Positions 31,304 through 40,372 are shown, numbered from the stretch's first letter. The stretch: DNA of 64,000 bases from an uncultured Alphaproteobacteria bacterium (GCA_944391425.1 CALXTO010000006.1:68-64067), one strand, 5' to 3'. The notes: generated by a model from the sequence alone, not told the origin. A program made the numbers and translations.

Positions 31304-32437
31304 TTACACTCTCATCGGCATCAGAACGTAAATGGCGCTGGCGTCGCTGATGTCATGAATAACCGACGGCGAAGATGCATCGGCAAATGAAATTCGGACG
31401 CTGTCGCCTTTTACTTCGGCCAGAATATCCAGCAGATAACGGAAATTATAGCCGATTTCCAAAGATTCGTTCTCATATTTTGCTTCCAAATCTTCCGAGG
31501 CGCTGCCCAAATCAGGGCTGGAAGTAACAATGGTAACTCTGTTTTCATGAGTCAGCATTTTAATGGCGCGGGTTCTTTCAGCCACGACTGAAACACGGTC
31601 AACCGCCGCGGCCAGATCCTTAACGTTCAATTCCAAATTTTTGTCATTGTCCGTGGGAATAACCCGTTCATAGTCCGGATAAGTGCCGTCAATCAGTTTG
31701 GAGGTCAGGGTAACGTCGGCCAATATGAAACGGACTTTGTTTTCGGAAACTTCAACCGTAACATTTTCAACGGCGTTGTCATCCAGCAGCTTTCGAATTT
31801 CGGTAACCGTTTTGCGGGGGATAATAATGCCTTTGATATCTTCGGCACCTTGCGGCAGCGGTGTTTCAACACAGGCCAGACGGTGTCCGTCGGTTGCAAC
31901 TACGCGCAAAACGTTTGACCCGCCTTCTTTTTTGGCGTGAACATACAAACCGTTCAGATAATATCTAGTTTCTTCTGTCGAAACGGCAAACTGAGTCCGG
32001 TCAATAACGTCTTTAAGTTCGTCTTTGGCAATGACGAAACTAATTGGCAATTTGTCGCCGGAAATAACCGGGAAATCTTCTACGCCGATGGTCGACAGTG
32101 AAAATTTTGACCGTCCCGAAGCAATGGTCAGCTGGCCTTTTTCATCCGGAAAAGTCAGTTCAATCTGCGAACCGTCGGAAAGTTTGCGGACAATGTCATA
32201 CAACATATGTGCCGGTGCCGTAGTTGCTCCTTGCTCGGTTATTTTGGCATCGGCAATTTCATTGATTTCAGTATCCATATCGGTTGCCTTAAAGCTGATG
32301 CCGTCGCCCAAAGCCTCGATTCGCACATTCGATAAAACCGGAATGGTGTTTCTTTTTTCAACAATACTCTGCATATGGCTGAGAGTTTTCAAAAGGATTG
32401 CGCGTTCAATAGTAAATTTCATGTTTTGTTCCACCAA
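31304..32437 (-). CDS. dnaN: DNA polymerase III subunit beta (sliding clamp)
   Basis: 377 aa. MKFTIER..LLK.L N-terminus, three-domain length, and a C-terminal YVLMPMRV. Confidence 0.96.
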   Translation of the reverse strand: MVEQNMKFTIERAILLKTLSHMQSIVEKRNTIPVLSNVRIEALGDGISFKATDMDTEINEIADAKITEQGATTAPAHMLYDIVRKLSDGSQIELTFPDEKGQLTIASGRSKFSLSTIGVEDFPVISGDKLPISFVIAKDELKDVIDRTQFAVSTEETRYYLNGLYVHAKKEGGSNVLRVVATDGHRLACVETPLPQGAEDIKGIIIPRKTVTEIRKLLDDNAVENVTVEVSENKVRFILADVTLTSKLIDGTYPDYERVIPTDNDKNLELNVKDLAAAVDRVSVVAERTRAIKMLTHENRVTIVTSSPDLGSASEDLEAKYENESLEIGYNFRYLLDILAEVKGDSVRISFADASSPSVIHDISDASAIYVLMPMRV

Positions 32438-32640
32438 TTAATAAAATAACTCATTTTACCGCAATTTTAGCACAAAGCGCGCAAATCAGAAGTTAAAAAG
32501 TGAGTCGTCAACAGCTTTTTTCTTGGTATTTGCTCGGTCGGTGCCGTGCACGAAAATTATCCGGCGGCAAAACCTGTTCTTGTTTATAAAAAACAAACAA
32601 AACAATACCGGCTTTTGTATTCTTTTTAACAGAACTCCCG

Positions 32641-32672
32641 TTAAAGAAAAGGGCGGAATTTTTCCGCCCTTA
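32641..32672 (-). terminator. Rho-independent terminator downstream of dnaA
   Basis: On the minus strand, AAGGGCGG-AAAAATT-CCGCCCTT is followed by TTCTTTAA. It begins 12 nt after the dnaA stop. Confidence 0.7.
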
Positions 32673-32683
32673 AGGTTTCAAGC

Positions 32684-34123
32684 CTAAGCTTCAAGAATTC
32701 GTCTCAAAGCGTCTACGTTTTCCGCCAATGAAGCATCTTCGACAATAAGCTCTTCCACTTTGCGAACGGCATGCATTACCGTGGTGTGGTCCCGGTCAAA
32801 TTTGCGCCCGATTTCCGGCAAAGAGCGGGAAGTCAGTTGTTTGGCCAGATACATGGCAATTTGGCGCGGGCGGGCAACGGTGCGTGCCCGGCGGGAAGAC
32901 TGCATTTCTTTGACCGAAATGTTAAAATGTTCGGCCACTTTCTTTTGAATCTCGTCAATGGTTGTGCGTTTGTCAAAAGAGCGCAACATATCTTTCAAGA
33001 CATCTTGGGTCATGTCCAGGGTGATTTCGCGGTCGTTCAGCAGCTGTGAATGAGCAATGACGCGACGCAGTGCGCCTTCCAGTTCGCGGATGTTGGAAGT
33101 GATCTTTTGAGCCAGGAATTCGGCGACTTTAACCGGAAGTTCAATGCCGAGCTGCTGGGCTTTGTTGTTGAGAATGCCCATTCTGAGATCAAAATCCGTG
33201 GGATGGATGTCCGCAACCAGACCGCAGCCGAGCCGAGATTTCAGGCGAGTTTCGATTCCTTCCAGATCAGCCGGAGATTTATCGGCGGAAATGATAATCT
33301 GGCGTCCTTCTTCAATCAGTGAATTAAAGGTATAGAAAAATTCTTCCTGCGTTGTATCTTTGCCGCCCATGAACTGTACGTCATCCACCATCAGAACGTC
33401 AACCGAGCGGAACTGCTCTTTGAATGCCGTAGTGTCTTTGTAGCGCAGGGCACGCACGAATTTATACATGAACTTTTCTGCGGAAAGATAAACAATATTG
33501 CGGCTGGGATCTTGCTGTTTGATATGCCAGGCAATGGCGTGCATCAGGTGCGTTTTTCCGAGCCCGACGCCGGAATACAGAAACAACGGATTAAAGGAAA
33601 CGTTTCTGGATTCGGCAACTTTACGGGCGGCGGCATAAGCAAATTCATTGGTTTTGCCGACAACAAAATTGTCAAAAGTATATTGCGGGTTAAGCGGAAC
33701 CGACAGAGTGTCGTTCAAAGCCGTGTCATTATTGTTGGCAACCAGGGCATTGATACCGGATTGGTAAACATTTTGCGGCGCCGGAGTGGAAGTAATTTTT
33801 TTCAAAAGCGAGCGACAGGTCGGGTTGTAAAGGCTCGGTGTTTCTTCTTGTACGGCCTGCACGACGAAATTGATGTTTTTAATTGCCGGGTTTTTCTTCT
33901 CCCAGATTTTGTGGATTCGGTCGCTGTAGTGAGTGATAACCCAGTTCCTCATAAATCTGGTCGGAACGCAAATGTTCATGGTGCCGTCACTGAAAGACCC
34001 CAAAGTCAAAGGCTTTAACCAACTGTCAAAAGCGGTGTCGCCGACTTCGGTTTTTAACTGGCTGCAGATCTGCCCCCATTGCTCTTGAACAGAACTGTCG
34101 TTATTTATTGCTTCTTCAGCCAT
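32684..34123 (-). CDS. dnaA: Chromosomal replication initiator protein DnaA
   Basis: 479 aa. AAA+ Walker A GVGLGKTHL, Walker B VLMVDDVQF, and the C-terminal DNA-binding signature RPRQIAMYL...S..EIGR.F.RDHTTV. GGGGAG SD upstream. Confidence 0.97.
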   Translation of the reverse strand: MAEEAINNDSSVQEQWGQICSQLKTEVGDTAFDSWLKPLTLGSFSDGTMNICVPTRFMRNWVITHYSDRIHKIWEKKNPAIKNINFVVQAVQEETPSLYNPTCRSLLKKITSTPAPQNVYQSGINALVANNNDTALNDTLSVPLNPQYTFDNFVVGKTNEFAYAAARKVAESRNVSFNPLFLYSGVGLGKTHLMHAIAWHIKQQDPSRNIVYLSAEKFMYKFVRALRYKDTTAFKEQFRSVDVLMVDDVQFMGGKDTTQEEFFYTFNSLIEEGRQIIISADKSPADLEGIETRLKSRLGCGLVADIHPTDFDLRMGILNNKAQQLGIELPVKVAEFLAQKITSNIRELEGALRRVIAHSQLLNDREITLDMTQDVLKDMLRSFDKRTTIDEIQKKVAEHFNISVKEMQSSRRARTVARPRQIAMYLAKQLTSRSLPEIGRKFDRDHTTVMHAVRKVEELIVEDASLAENVDALRRILEA

Positions 34124-34454
34124 TTTTACTCCCCAATTTAATCAAAAATTAAACCCAGCATTAACAAGCATTTTATTTTCTTAATTTTAGGCGGTGTCAG
34201 CTGTAAAAAATCCGGCTGTTTTTTCGCCAAGTCCCCGTTGAACATAAAATGTTATTGTTAACAGATTCTTTTTTTATTTTTTTTGTTTGCTAACGGCTTC
34301 TGCGGTTTTCAAATACTTTCTTAACAAACTCTTAAAAAACGATTTGATGTTAAAATCAAAAAAACAGAATTACAACAGAACATTTTAAGAACATTGCAAT
34401 TAATTTTCTTGACATAGATTCTTTGCAGAGTCGCTTAGATTCTGGGATTTTGCG

Positions 34455-34514
34455 CATAAAAAAACACAAACCAAAACGCACCTTGCTTAAAAAACAGGCA
34501 CTTGGTTTGTGTTT
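34455..34514 (-). terminator. Putative terminator of rpsT
   Basis: A 13-bp perfect stem (34462-34474 pairs with 34502-34514) with a rather large 27-nt loop. On the minus strand a T7 run follows. It starts about 28 nt after the rpsT stop. Confidence 0.5.
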
Positions 34515-34541
34515 GTAAAATCAGCGTTCTGCTCTAAAAAA

Positions 34542-34802
34542 TTAAAGAGCTTTCACCTTTTTGGAAAGGCGGGAAATCGTACGGGCTGCGGTATTCATTT
34601 TAAAAACGCCTTTGCGGACGGCAGTCATCATTTCGGATTCTGCAATTTTAAAAGCATTGGCAGCCTGTTCTTTGTTACCGCCCAGAACCGCAGCTTCCAC
34701 TTTTTTTACAAAAGTACGGACGCGGCTTCTGCGGGCGCCGTTGATAACGGCTCTTTTATTGTTTCTGACAATTCTGTTTTTTGCCGATTTATGATTGGCC
34801 AT
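34542..34802 (-). CDS. rpsT: 30S ribosomal protein S20
   Basis: 86 aa. MANHKSAKNRI... N-terminus, basic helical protein. Confidence 0.96.
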   Translation of the reverse strand: MANHKSAKNRIVRNNKRAVINGARRSRVRTFVKKVEAAVLGGNKEQAANAFKIAESEMMTAVRKGVFKMNTAARTISRLSKKVKAL

Positions 34803-34913
34803 TTTTTTAATCCATTTTCTAAAAAGTTAATCACAAATTTTTTAAATGTAATGCTTTATAAACTCTAAGTGCTTCTTAAGTCAACAATAATTTTCGCAAA
34901 AACCGCCAAAAGC

Positions 34914-35669
34914 CTAAATTTTCTGCAAAAACTGCCCCAGTATTTCTTTAAATTCCGGTGTGTTCATGCTCAGGCGGCAGCTTTTCGATTCTAAATCCAT
35001 CCCGTTTTGCAGATTCGTATTTTCGGTTTGTTTAATGGTTTCTTTGGCCTGCATGACGGCCTGATACGGCAGCGAGGCGATTCTCATGGCAACGCGCAAA
35101 GCCTCGGCAAACAAATCCTGCTGGCAGACAACCCTGCTGATGAGCCCGCAGGCTGACGCTTCTTCTGCGGAAATGGCTTTTCCGGTCAGAACGGCTTCCA
35201 TGGTTTTGGCTTTGCCGATTGTGTGCACCATTCTGGAACAACCACCGAAAGACGGAATGAGGCCGATGCTGACCTCCGGATAGCCGAAGCTGGCCGAGTC
35301 TGAAGCCAGCACGATATCACAGGCCAATGCCAAGTCGCAGCCGATTCCGAGTGCGTACCCGGCCACAGCGGCAATAATCGGTTTGGAACAATTGGCAATT
35401 TTCAGAAACTCATCCTGCCAGGCCTTAAGCGCAAAACTTTGTTGGGCGGCTTCCATGCTCAGTTCGTTAATATCGATTCCCGCCGCAAAAACGGATTCCG
35501 AACCTCGAATAACGATCACCCGGATATTTTCGTCATATTCCCAGGTCTGCACCTGATATGAAATATCATTCAGCATTTCCAGACTGACGGCATTTAAGAC
35601 ATCCGAGCGGTTGAGCGTAATAATGCCCACGCTGCCGTTTGTTTCTGTCAAAATATTCGCTTCTTCCAT
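34914..35669 (-). CDS. Enoyl-CoA hydratase/isomerase (crotonase) family protein
   Basis: 251 aa. Crotonase-fold pattern: LNRSDVLNA, FAAGIDI, AAVAGYALGIGCDLALACD and PEVSIGLIP. Confidence 0.9.
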   Translation of the reverse strand: MEEANILTETNGSVGIITLNRSDVLNAVSLEMLNDISYQVQTWEYDENIRVIVIRGSESVFAAGIDINELSMEAAQQSFALKAWQDEFLKIANCSKPIIAAVAGYALGIGCDLALACDIVLASDSASFGYPEVSIGLIPSFGGCSRMVHTIGKAKTMEAVLTGKAISAEEASACGLISRVVCQQDLFAEALRVAMRIASLPYQAVMQAKETIKQTENTNLQNGMDLESKSCRLSMNTPEFKEILGQFLQKI

Positions 35670-35680
35670 ACAACAGTTCC

Positions 35681-36037
35681 TCAGATTTTGCTTTTAACGG
35701 TGATTCGCACTTTCAACGGTTCTGCGGATTCTTCCGAAATATCAATAACTTCTCCTTCACGCTCAAAAACCAGTGTCCGGCCCCTCGTTCCCTGATAAGC
35801 CCAGCCCATTTGCGGCAGGGTATTTTTATAAAAACGGCTGACTTCTTTGAACGTTTTCGATTCGCTGGTCAAAACCGCTTCCACCAACCGGCTTTCCTCA
35901 TTGCCGAATGTAATGGCGTCATTAGGAAGCTGGGTCAGTCCCTCCATGACGGGGACATCTTCAAGTCCTTCGATAAACGCGGCCTGAGCACCAAAAGAAA
36001 AAATCAGGCTTAAAACAACAAAATAAAGATACTTCAT
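35681..36037 (-). CDS. Hypothetical secreted protein
   Basis: 118 aa with a clear signal peptide (LIFSFGAQA/A). Tightly packed between mutM and the crotonase gene. No recognised motif. Confidence 0.6.
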   Translation of the reverse strand: MKYLYFVVLSLIFSFGAQAAFIEGLEDVPVMEGLTQLPNDAITFGNEESRLVEAVLTSESKTFKEVSRFYKNTLPQMGWAYQGTRGRTLVFEREGEVIDISEESAEPLKVRITVKSKI

Positions 36038-36046
36038 TTTCGTTTC

Positions 36047-36886
36047 CTATTTTTGTTTTTGAGGACAATAAAAAGTAGATCTTCCGGCCTGAACGATTTT
36101 TTTGATTCCGCCGGTCTTGTCCGCATTGCATGTGCATCCAGGACATTTTTGCCCGTTTTTGCCATAAACGCAATGCTGATATTGAAAATATCCCAGACTG
36201 CCGTCCGGTTTTTTATAGTCGCGCAGAGTTGAACCTCCCGCCGCAATGGCTTTTTGCAACACTTTTCGCGTCTGCTCAATAATTTTTCCGCATTCGCCGG
36301 AGCTGATTTGTCCGGCCGGGCGCAGAGGAGAAACTCCGGCGCCGAACAAAATTTCCGAGGCGTAAATGTTGCCGATTCCGGCAATAATTTCCTGATCCAG
36401 CAATGCCTGTTTTACCGGAATTTTTTTATGCCGGAATTTATCATGCAGATATGTCGGAGTCAGCTGGTCGTCAAAGGGATCTTTGCCTATTTTTTTCAGC
36501 AATGGATTTTCGGGCAGATTCGCCGTATTGCAACAGACAATCAGTCCGAACCGCCGCGCGTCGTTATAGACAATACAGCCGTTTTCGGTTTCCAGAATGA
36601 CATGGTCGTGTTTTTCCGGAGGATTCGGATAAGCGTCAAGCAGCCGGATTTTGCCGCTCATACCCATATGCATAATCAGGCTGGTGCCATTGTCCAGTTC
36701 AAGAACGATATATTTGGCGATTCTGCGGTAACCGGTAATTCCGGCGCCTTTTATCTTGGCCGGCAAATTTCCGGGGACCGGAAGGCGCAAATGCCCGTTG
36801 CGAATTTCGGCACTGCGGATACGGCAACAGCCGATAGAGCGCTCAATCGCGGTTTTAATCGTTTCAACTTCCGGAAGTTCGGGCAT
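36047..36886 (-). CDS. mutM: Formamidopyrimidine-DNA glycosylase (Fpg/MutM)
   Basis: Start placed at MPELPEVE, because the catalytic Pro2 must be N-terminal. The ORF-track start at 36919 adds 11 aa and is unlikely. H2TH region and C-terminal zinc finger CPGCTC...RSTFYCPQKQ. Confidence 0.94.
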   Translation of the reverse strand: MPELPEVETIKTAIERSIGCCRIRSAEIRNGHLRLPVPGNLPAKIKGAGITGYRRIAKYIVLELDNGTSLIMHMGMSGKIRLLDAYPNPPEKHDHVILETENGCIVYNDARRFGLIVCCNTANLPENPLLKKIGKDPFDDQLTPTYLHDKFRHKKIPVKQALLDQEIIAGIGNIYASEILFGAGVSPLRPAGQISSGECGKIIEQTRKVLQKAIAAGGSTLRDYKKPDGSLGYFQYQHCVYGKNGQKCPGCTCNADKTGGIKKIVQAGRSTFYCPQKQK

Positions 36887-37031
36887 CTTTTCAATCCTTA
36901 TAACGCGGTTGCTTTTCATTATAAATCATTTTCGGCAGAATACAATTTATAAAAATCTCCTGTCAAAATCTCGTTGCCAACACAGGGGAAATAAGCTATA
37001 TTGACACGAATTTTAACCTCGGAACAGGAAA

Positions 37032-37577
37032 ATGCGCCCTAAAACCAAACGCCGCAGTAAATACTTTGCGCCGCAAAATGAAAATATCGCTCATAAATGC
37101 GACCACCCCGGCTGTCCGGAAGCCGGAGAGTTCCGTGCGCCCAAAGACCGGTCGTTGAAAGAATATTATTGGTTTTGCCTTAAGCACGTCCAAGAATACA
37201 ATGCGCGCTGGAACTACTATGAAGGCATGGAGGAAGATGAAGAGGATAAGCGTGAAAAATTTCGCCGCCGGTTTCGTTTTGATTCAAGAGTTAAGTATAA
37301 TTTCGGATTCGACATTAACGGCAATTTTGAATTTTTTGACGACTACCGTCCCGATTTTTCCGTTATCAGCGAAGCACGTTTTAGCAAAGATGAGCGGGAA
37401 TGTCTGCGCATTATGGAACTGGATGTCGATTCCCTGGACGTCGATACTCTGAAAAAGCACTATAAAAAAGCCGTCAAAAAATATCATCCCGATGTCAATA
37501 AAGAAGATAAAGATGCCGAAGAAAAATTTAAATTGCTGAGCACGGCCTATAAAAGTCTCTTAGCTAAACTTTCCTGA
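37032..37577 (+). CDS. J-domain-containing protein (small DnaJ-like co-chaperone)
   Basis: 181 aa. C-terminal J domain with LKKHYKKAVKKYHPDVN (HPD motif). N-terminal Cys/His-containing CDHPGCPEAGEFRAPK...WFCLKH region, conserved in alphaproteobacterial homologs as far as I recall. Confidence 0.85.
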   Translation: MRPKTKRRSKYFAPQNENIAHKCDHPGCPEAGEFRAPKDRSLKEYYWFCLKHVQEYNARWNYYEGMEEDEEDKREKFRRRFRFDSRVKYNFGFDINGNFEFFDDYRPDFSVISEARFSKDERECLRIMELDVDSLDVDTLKKHYKKAVKKYHPDVNKEDKDAEEKFKLLSTAYKSLLAKLS

Positions 37578-37782
37578 TTTTCTACCCCCGCTAATGATTT
37601 GGATGCTCTGCTTGATTCCATGGGTCAGGCGGTATCGACAATCAAAACGGCAACCACATCTTTGGAAACGGCGGCAGACTTTCTAGGACAGGCTGCAACG
37701 GTGGCGACGCAAGCTAAGTTGAGCCAATATCGCCATGCACGTACGCACCGGCTCCGCACCGCTCGCCCGGGTATTAAGAAAT

Positions 37783-38601
37783 TTAATCGCGGTACAGTTC
37801 TTTATTGCCGTACAGTTCTTTTGCTTTGTTTTTAGGCCGCGGTTGTTTGGCTTTTTTAACAATCTGGGCAGCGTCTTTTTTACTTTTACGGCCTGATTTT
37901 TTCAAAATAAGTTCGGCAACCTGCTCGTCTTTGGTTTGTTTGCTGCCAGCTTGCATCAGGTCTTCAACTTTCATGCCTTCTATGGCTTTAAGTTGTGATT
38001 CGTCAGCCAGTACGGCCATATCCTGGATTCTTTTGATACCGCGCAGCAGGGTAATAGTTTCTCTTTGCGACAATTTGCGGCGGTTGATGCGTACTTTTTT
38101 TGCCACATTATCTTTTAACGCATTGTCATAAGTACGCGAACTGAGACTGACATCCTGCATATTTTGGTTTACGACGGCTTTATCAAGACCTTTCAGCCCC
38201 ATTTGCCTGGAAACCTGATCCGCCATGATCAGCGCTTCCATTTTTCCGGCATTTTGCTGCATTTTCTGGTTATGCAGAATTTCTTGCTGTTGAAGCTGTT
38301 TTTTTTCGTCTTCATGCAGGGCGTTCAAAAGGGAATTATTTTGCTCCAGCGGGGCAAAATCATAAAAATCTTCCTCTTCGTCTTCCTCGTCATAAACATC
38401 TTTAATTTTTTTGCGGATTTTCTTTAAGCCTTTGGGTAGTTCCGCCGGTCGCGGCCCAAATTCGTTTTGAAGAGGTTTCTTTTCGGTAGCTTCAAATTGA
38501 AGCGCTTTTTTGATGTCTGTTTTACGGGTTAGCTTTTCCGATTCGCCAAAACCCTGGTTTTTTTTCCATTCGATATTTGATGCAGAAGATTCTTCTTCCA
38601 T
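37783..38601 (-). CDS. Hypothetical highly charged protein
   Basis: 272-aa ORF rich in K/E/Q, with an acidic stretch DEEDEEEDFYDF and a basic C-terminus. No recognised motif. Confidence 0.55.
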   Translation of the reverse strand: MEEESSASNIEWKKNQGFGESEKLTRKTDIKKALQFEATEKKPLQNEFGPRPAELPKGLKKIRKKIKDVYDEEDEEEDFYDFAPLEQNNSLLNALHEDEKKQLQQQEILHNQKMQQNAGKMEALIMADQVSRQMGLKGLDKAVVNQNMQDVSLSSRTYDNALKDNVAKKVRINRRKLSQRETITLLRGIKRIQDMAVLADESQLKAIEGMKVEDLMQAGSKQTKDEQVAELILKKSGRKSKKDAAQIVKKAKQPRPKNKAKELYGNKELYRD

Positions 38602-38683
38602 AAAATTCTCCGTCAGATTGGTTTGCCTTTTCCAACCACTTATATGGTGGCATAGAAAACTTTTTTTGTCAATTATTGAGAGA

Positions 38684-40372
38684 TTAAAGCTTTTTGTAGG
38701 TTATCATCAGAGAACCGTCGGAAAGATTTTGAGCGGCAACTTCCACGTCGCCTTCCTGATGCCGATTCAAAATAAAAGTTTTGGTCGTCATTGACAACAA
38801 ATGCCCGGCAATGCTTTTTTTCAGAGTATCCCAGTCTTCATCGGCGCTGAAAAAACGCCGTTGCGAGTCCAGAAGTTCATCTAATCCCGGTTCGTTTTCC
38901 AAAAAAGCACGGTCTGCCTTCCACAGTCTTAAATATGCTTGGTTATAGGAATTTAAACGCCCGTTTGAACCAAAGATTATAACGGCGTCAAACAGGTTTT
39001 CGAGCATTTCCTCACGCACGGACAGCAAAGCGTTGTAGGCGCTGGTCGTTGCCAGACGGTCGGATATGTCTTCATAGGCAAAGATAAGCCCGCCCATCGG
39101 ATACGGTGCGCGAACCCGGCGGATGGTTTTTCCGTTCGGAAGGTGGAGCATATCGTTCCTGGGTTCGATAATCTGAGAAAACTGTTTTTGTTCGCCGTTC
39201 TTAAAAAGAATATAGTCCGGAACTTCCGGCAACAGCCGTCTTTCGCGAATGGCATCCAAAAACATGGAATACGAAGGCTGCGTATCTAGCCAGGATTCGT
39301 CCAGTTGCCACAGTTCAGCAAAAGATTTATTATAAAAATCAAGTTTCAGCTGTTGGTTAAAAACAGCAAAAGCCGTTCCGAGTGTCCCCAAAATTTCCAG
39401 CTGGGCACTTTGATGGCGTTTCAGGTTGCGTTTCAGATCGTCTAATTCGCTGACATCAACGAGGGCGCCGACCGTATAAATCTTTTCCAGGCTTTCTTCC
39501 GCATGAAAAGGCGTTTCAAAAACTTCCATCACTAGTCGTTCTCCGTCTTTGACCAGACAGACATTTTCTTTTTTGGCGCGGTTGGATAAATGGGCAGCCT
39601 GCGCCAGCTTTCTGGAAACGCTCTCGCCGTTGACATTGTTAATTTCAATGCCGTCGTTTAAAATGGTTTCACGGCTTTTTCCGCCGGAAAATTCCATAAA
39701 TTTTTTGTTGCAGTTGACGATGTTGAGTTTATCGTCGCGCAGCCAGACGGGAAAAGGAATATTGTCGATCAGGTCCTGCAACTGCATTGATTGGGCCGAA
39801 GCCTCAGTTTTGTCCTGTTCCAGTCCGAGAATTTTGTTTGTTTCAAAACTCACGTCCCGAAACCAGATCATATCGCAATAGACATTGCCGTCGGCGCCGC
39901 TGATGCGCGAGCCGGAAAGACGCAAATAGCGTCCGCCGTTTTTAAGCATAAACTCGTCATCAAAAGATACGCCGTCGTCCTGCAGCAGGGCAATGTATTT
40001 TCGTATTTTTTTTTCGTCGTCTTTGTAAAAATTTTTCAAGATTTCTTCAAAACTTGATTTCGTGCCGTTCGGAAGATTCAAAATAACGGCCAGCCGCCGG
40101 GAACATCTTTCGACGATATGCTGTCTGGGATCATTGACCTTTTCATCCGGATGGATAAAGGCAAAATAGCCGTCACGCGAGGCGTAGAGTGTCTCGGCAT
40201 AACGTTCACGGTCACGGTTCAAAAAGTAGTTTTTTTGCTTCAGATGCAAAATTCTGAACAGCTCTGTGAAAATAACGCCCAGCATTGCCGCCGCCGCAAA
40301 AGCCAGCACATACCAGAGTTCCGGTGCGGCGTAATACATATCTGTCAGCAATTCGAAGTCAATCATCGGCAT
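38684..40372 (-). CDS. Membrane-anchored multi-PAS domain protein without recognisable output domain
   Basis: 562 aa. N-terminal TM helix, then three to four PAS-like repeats with a recurring N..f..lW.l pattern: NCNKKFMEFSG, NKSFAELWQLDESWL, NQAYLRLWKADRAFL. It has no H-box, N/G boxes, GGDEF, EAL or HTH. Confidence 0.75.
   Translation of the reverse strand: MPMIDFELLTDMYYAAPELWYVLAFAAAAMLGVIFTELFRILHLKQKNYFLNRDRERYAETLYASRDGYFAFIHPDEKVNDPRQHIVERCSRRLAVILNLPNGTKSSFEEILKNFYKDDEKKIRKYIALLQDDGVSFDDEFMLKNGGRYLRLSGSRISGADGNVYCDMIWFRDVSFETNKILGLEQDKTEASAQSMQLQDLIDNIPFPVWLRDDKLNIVNCNKKFMEFSGGKSRETILNDGIEINNVNGESVSRKLAQAAHLSNRAKKENVCLVKDGERLVMEVFETPFHAEESLEKIYTVGALVDVSELDDLKRNLKRHQSAQLEILGTLGTAFAVFNQQLKLDFYNKSFAELWQLDESWLDTQPSYSMFLDAIRERRLLPEVPDYILFKNGEQKQFSQIIEPRNDMLHLPNGKTIRRVRAPYPMGGLIFAYEDISDRLATTSAYNALLSVREEMLENLFDAVIIFGSNGRLNSYNQAYLRLWKADRAFLENEPGLDELLDSQRRFFSADEDWDTLKKSIAGHLLSMTTKTFILNRHQEGDVEVAAQNLSDGSLMITYKKL

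Noticed and set aside
34124-34541. The 418-bp AT-rich spacer upstream of dnaA as the chromosomal origin (oriC)
   Set aside because: I found no TTATCCACA/TGTGGATAA-type or TGATCCACA-type DnaA box in it, not even with one mismatch by eye. Genes on both sides are on the minus strand, so there is no strand-bias switch. Alphaproteobacterial origins are often not next to dnaA. Part of the spacer is explained by the rpsT terminator and the dnaA promoter/leader. A cumulative GC-skew plot of the whole genome would settle it.
36887-36919. 11-codon N-terminal extension of mutM, plus analogous extensions of ihfB (48990-49049), yejB (54432-54452) and the 27822 gene
   Set aside because: Fpg requires Pro2 as the N-terminal nucleophile after Met removal, so MPELPEVE must be the start. 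For the other genes, internal starts have better SD sequences and match the conserved N-termini.
37599-37835. 78-aa ORF as a genuine gene (it briefly looked flagellin- or coiled-coil-like)
   Set aside because: It has a TTG start without an SD, its 3' end overlaps the convergent 272-aa gene by 53 nt, and its resemblance to flagellin helices is too vague to claim. I kept it only as a low-interest 'possible remnant' finding.
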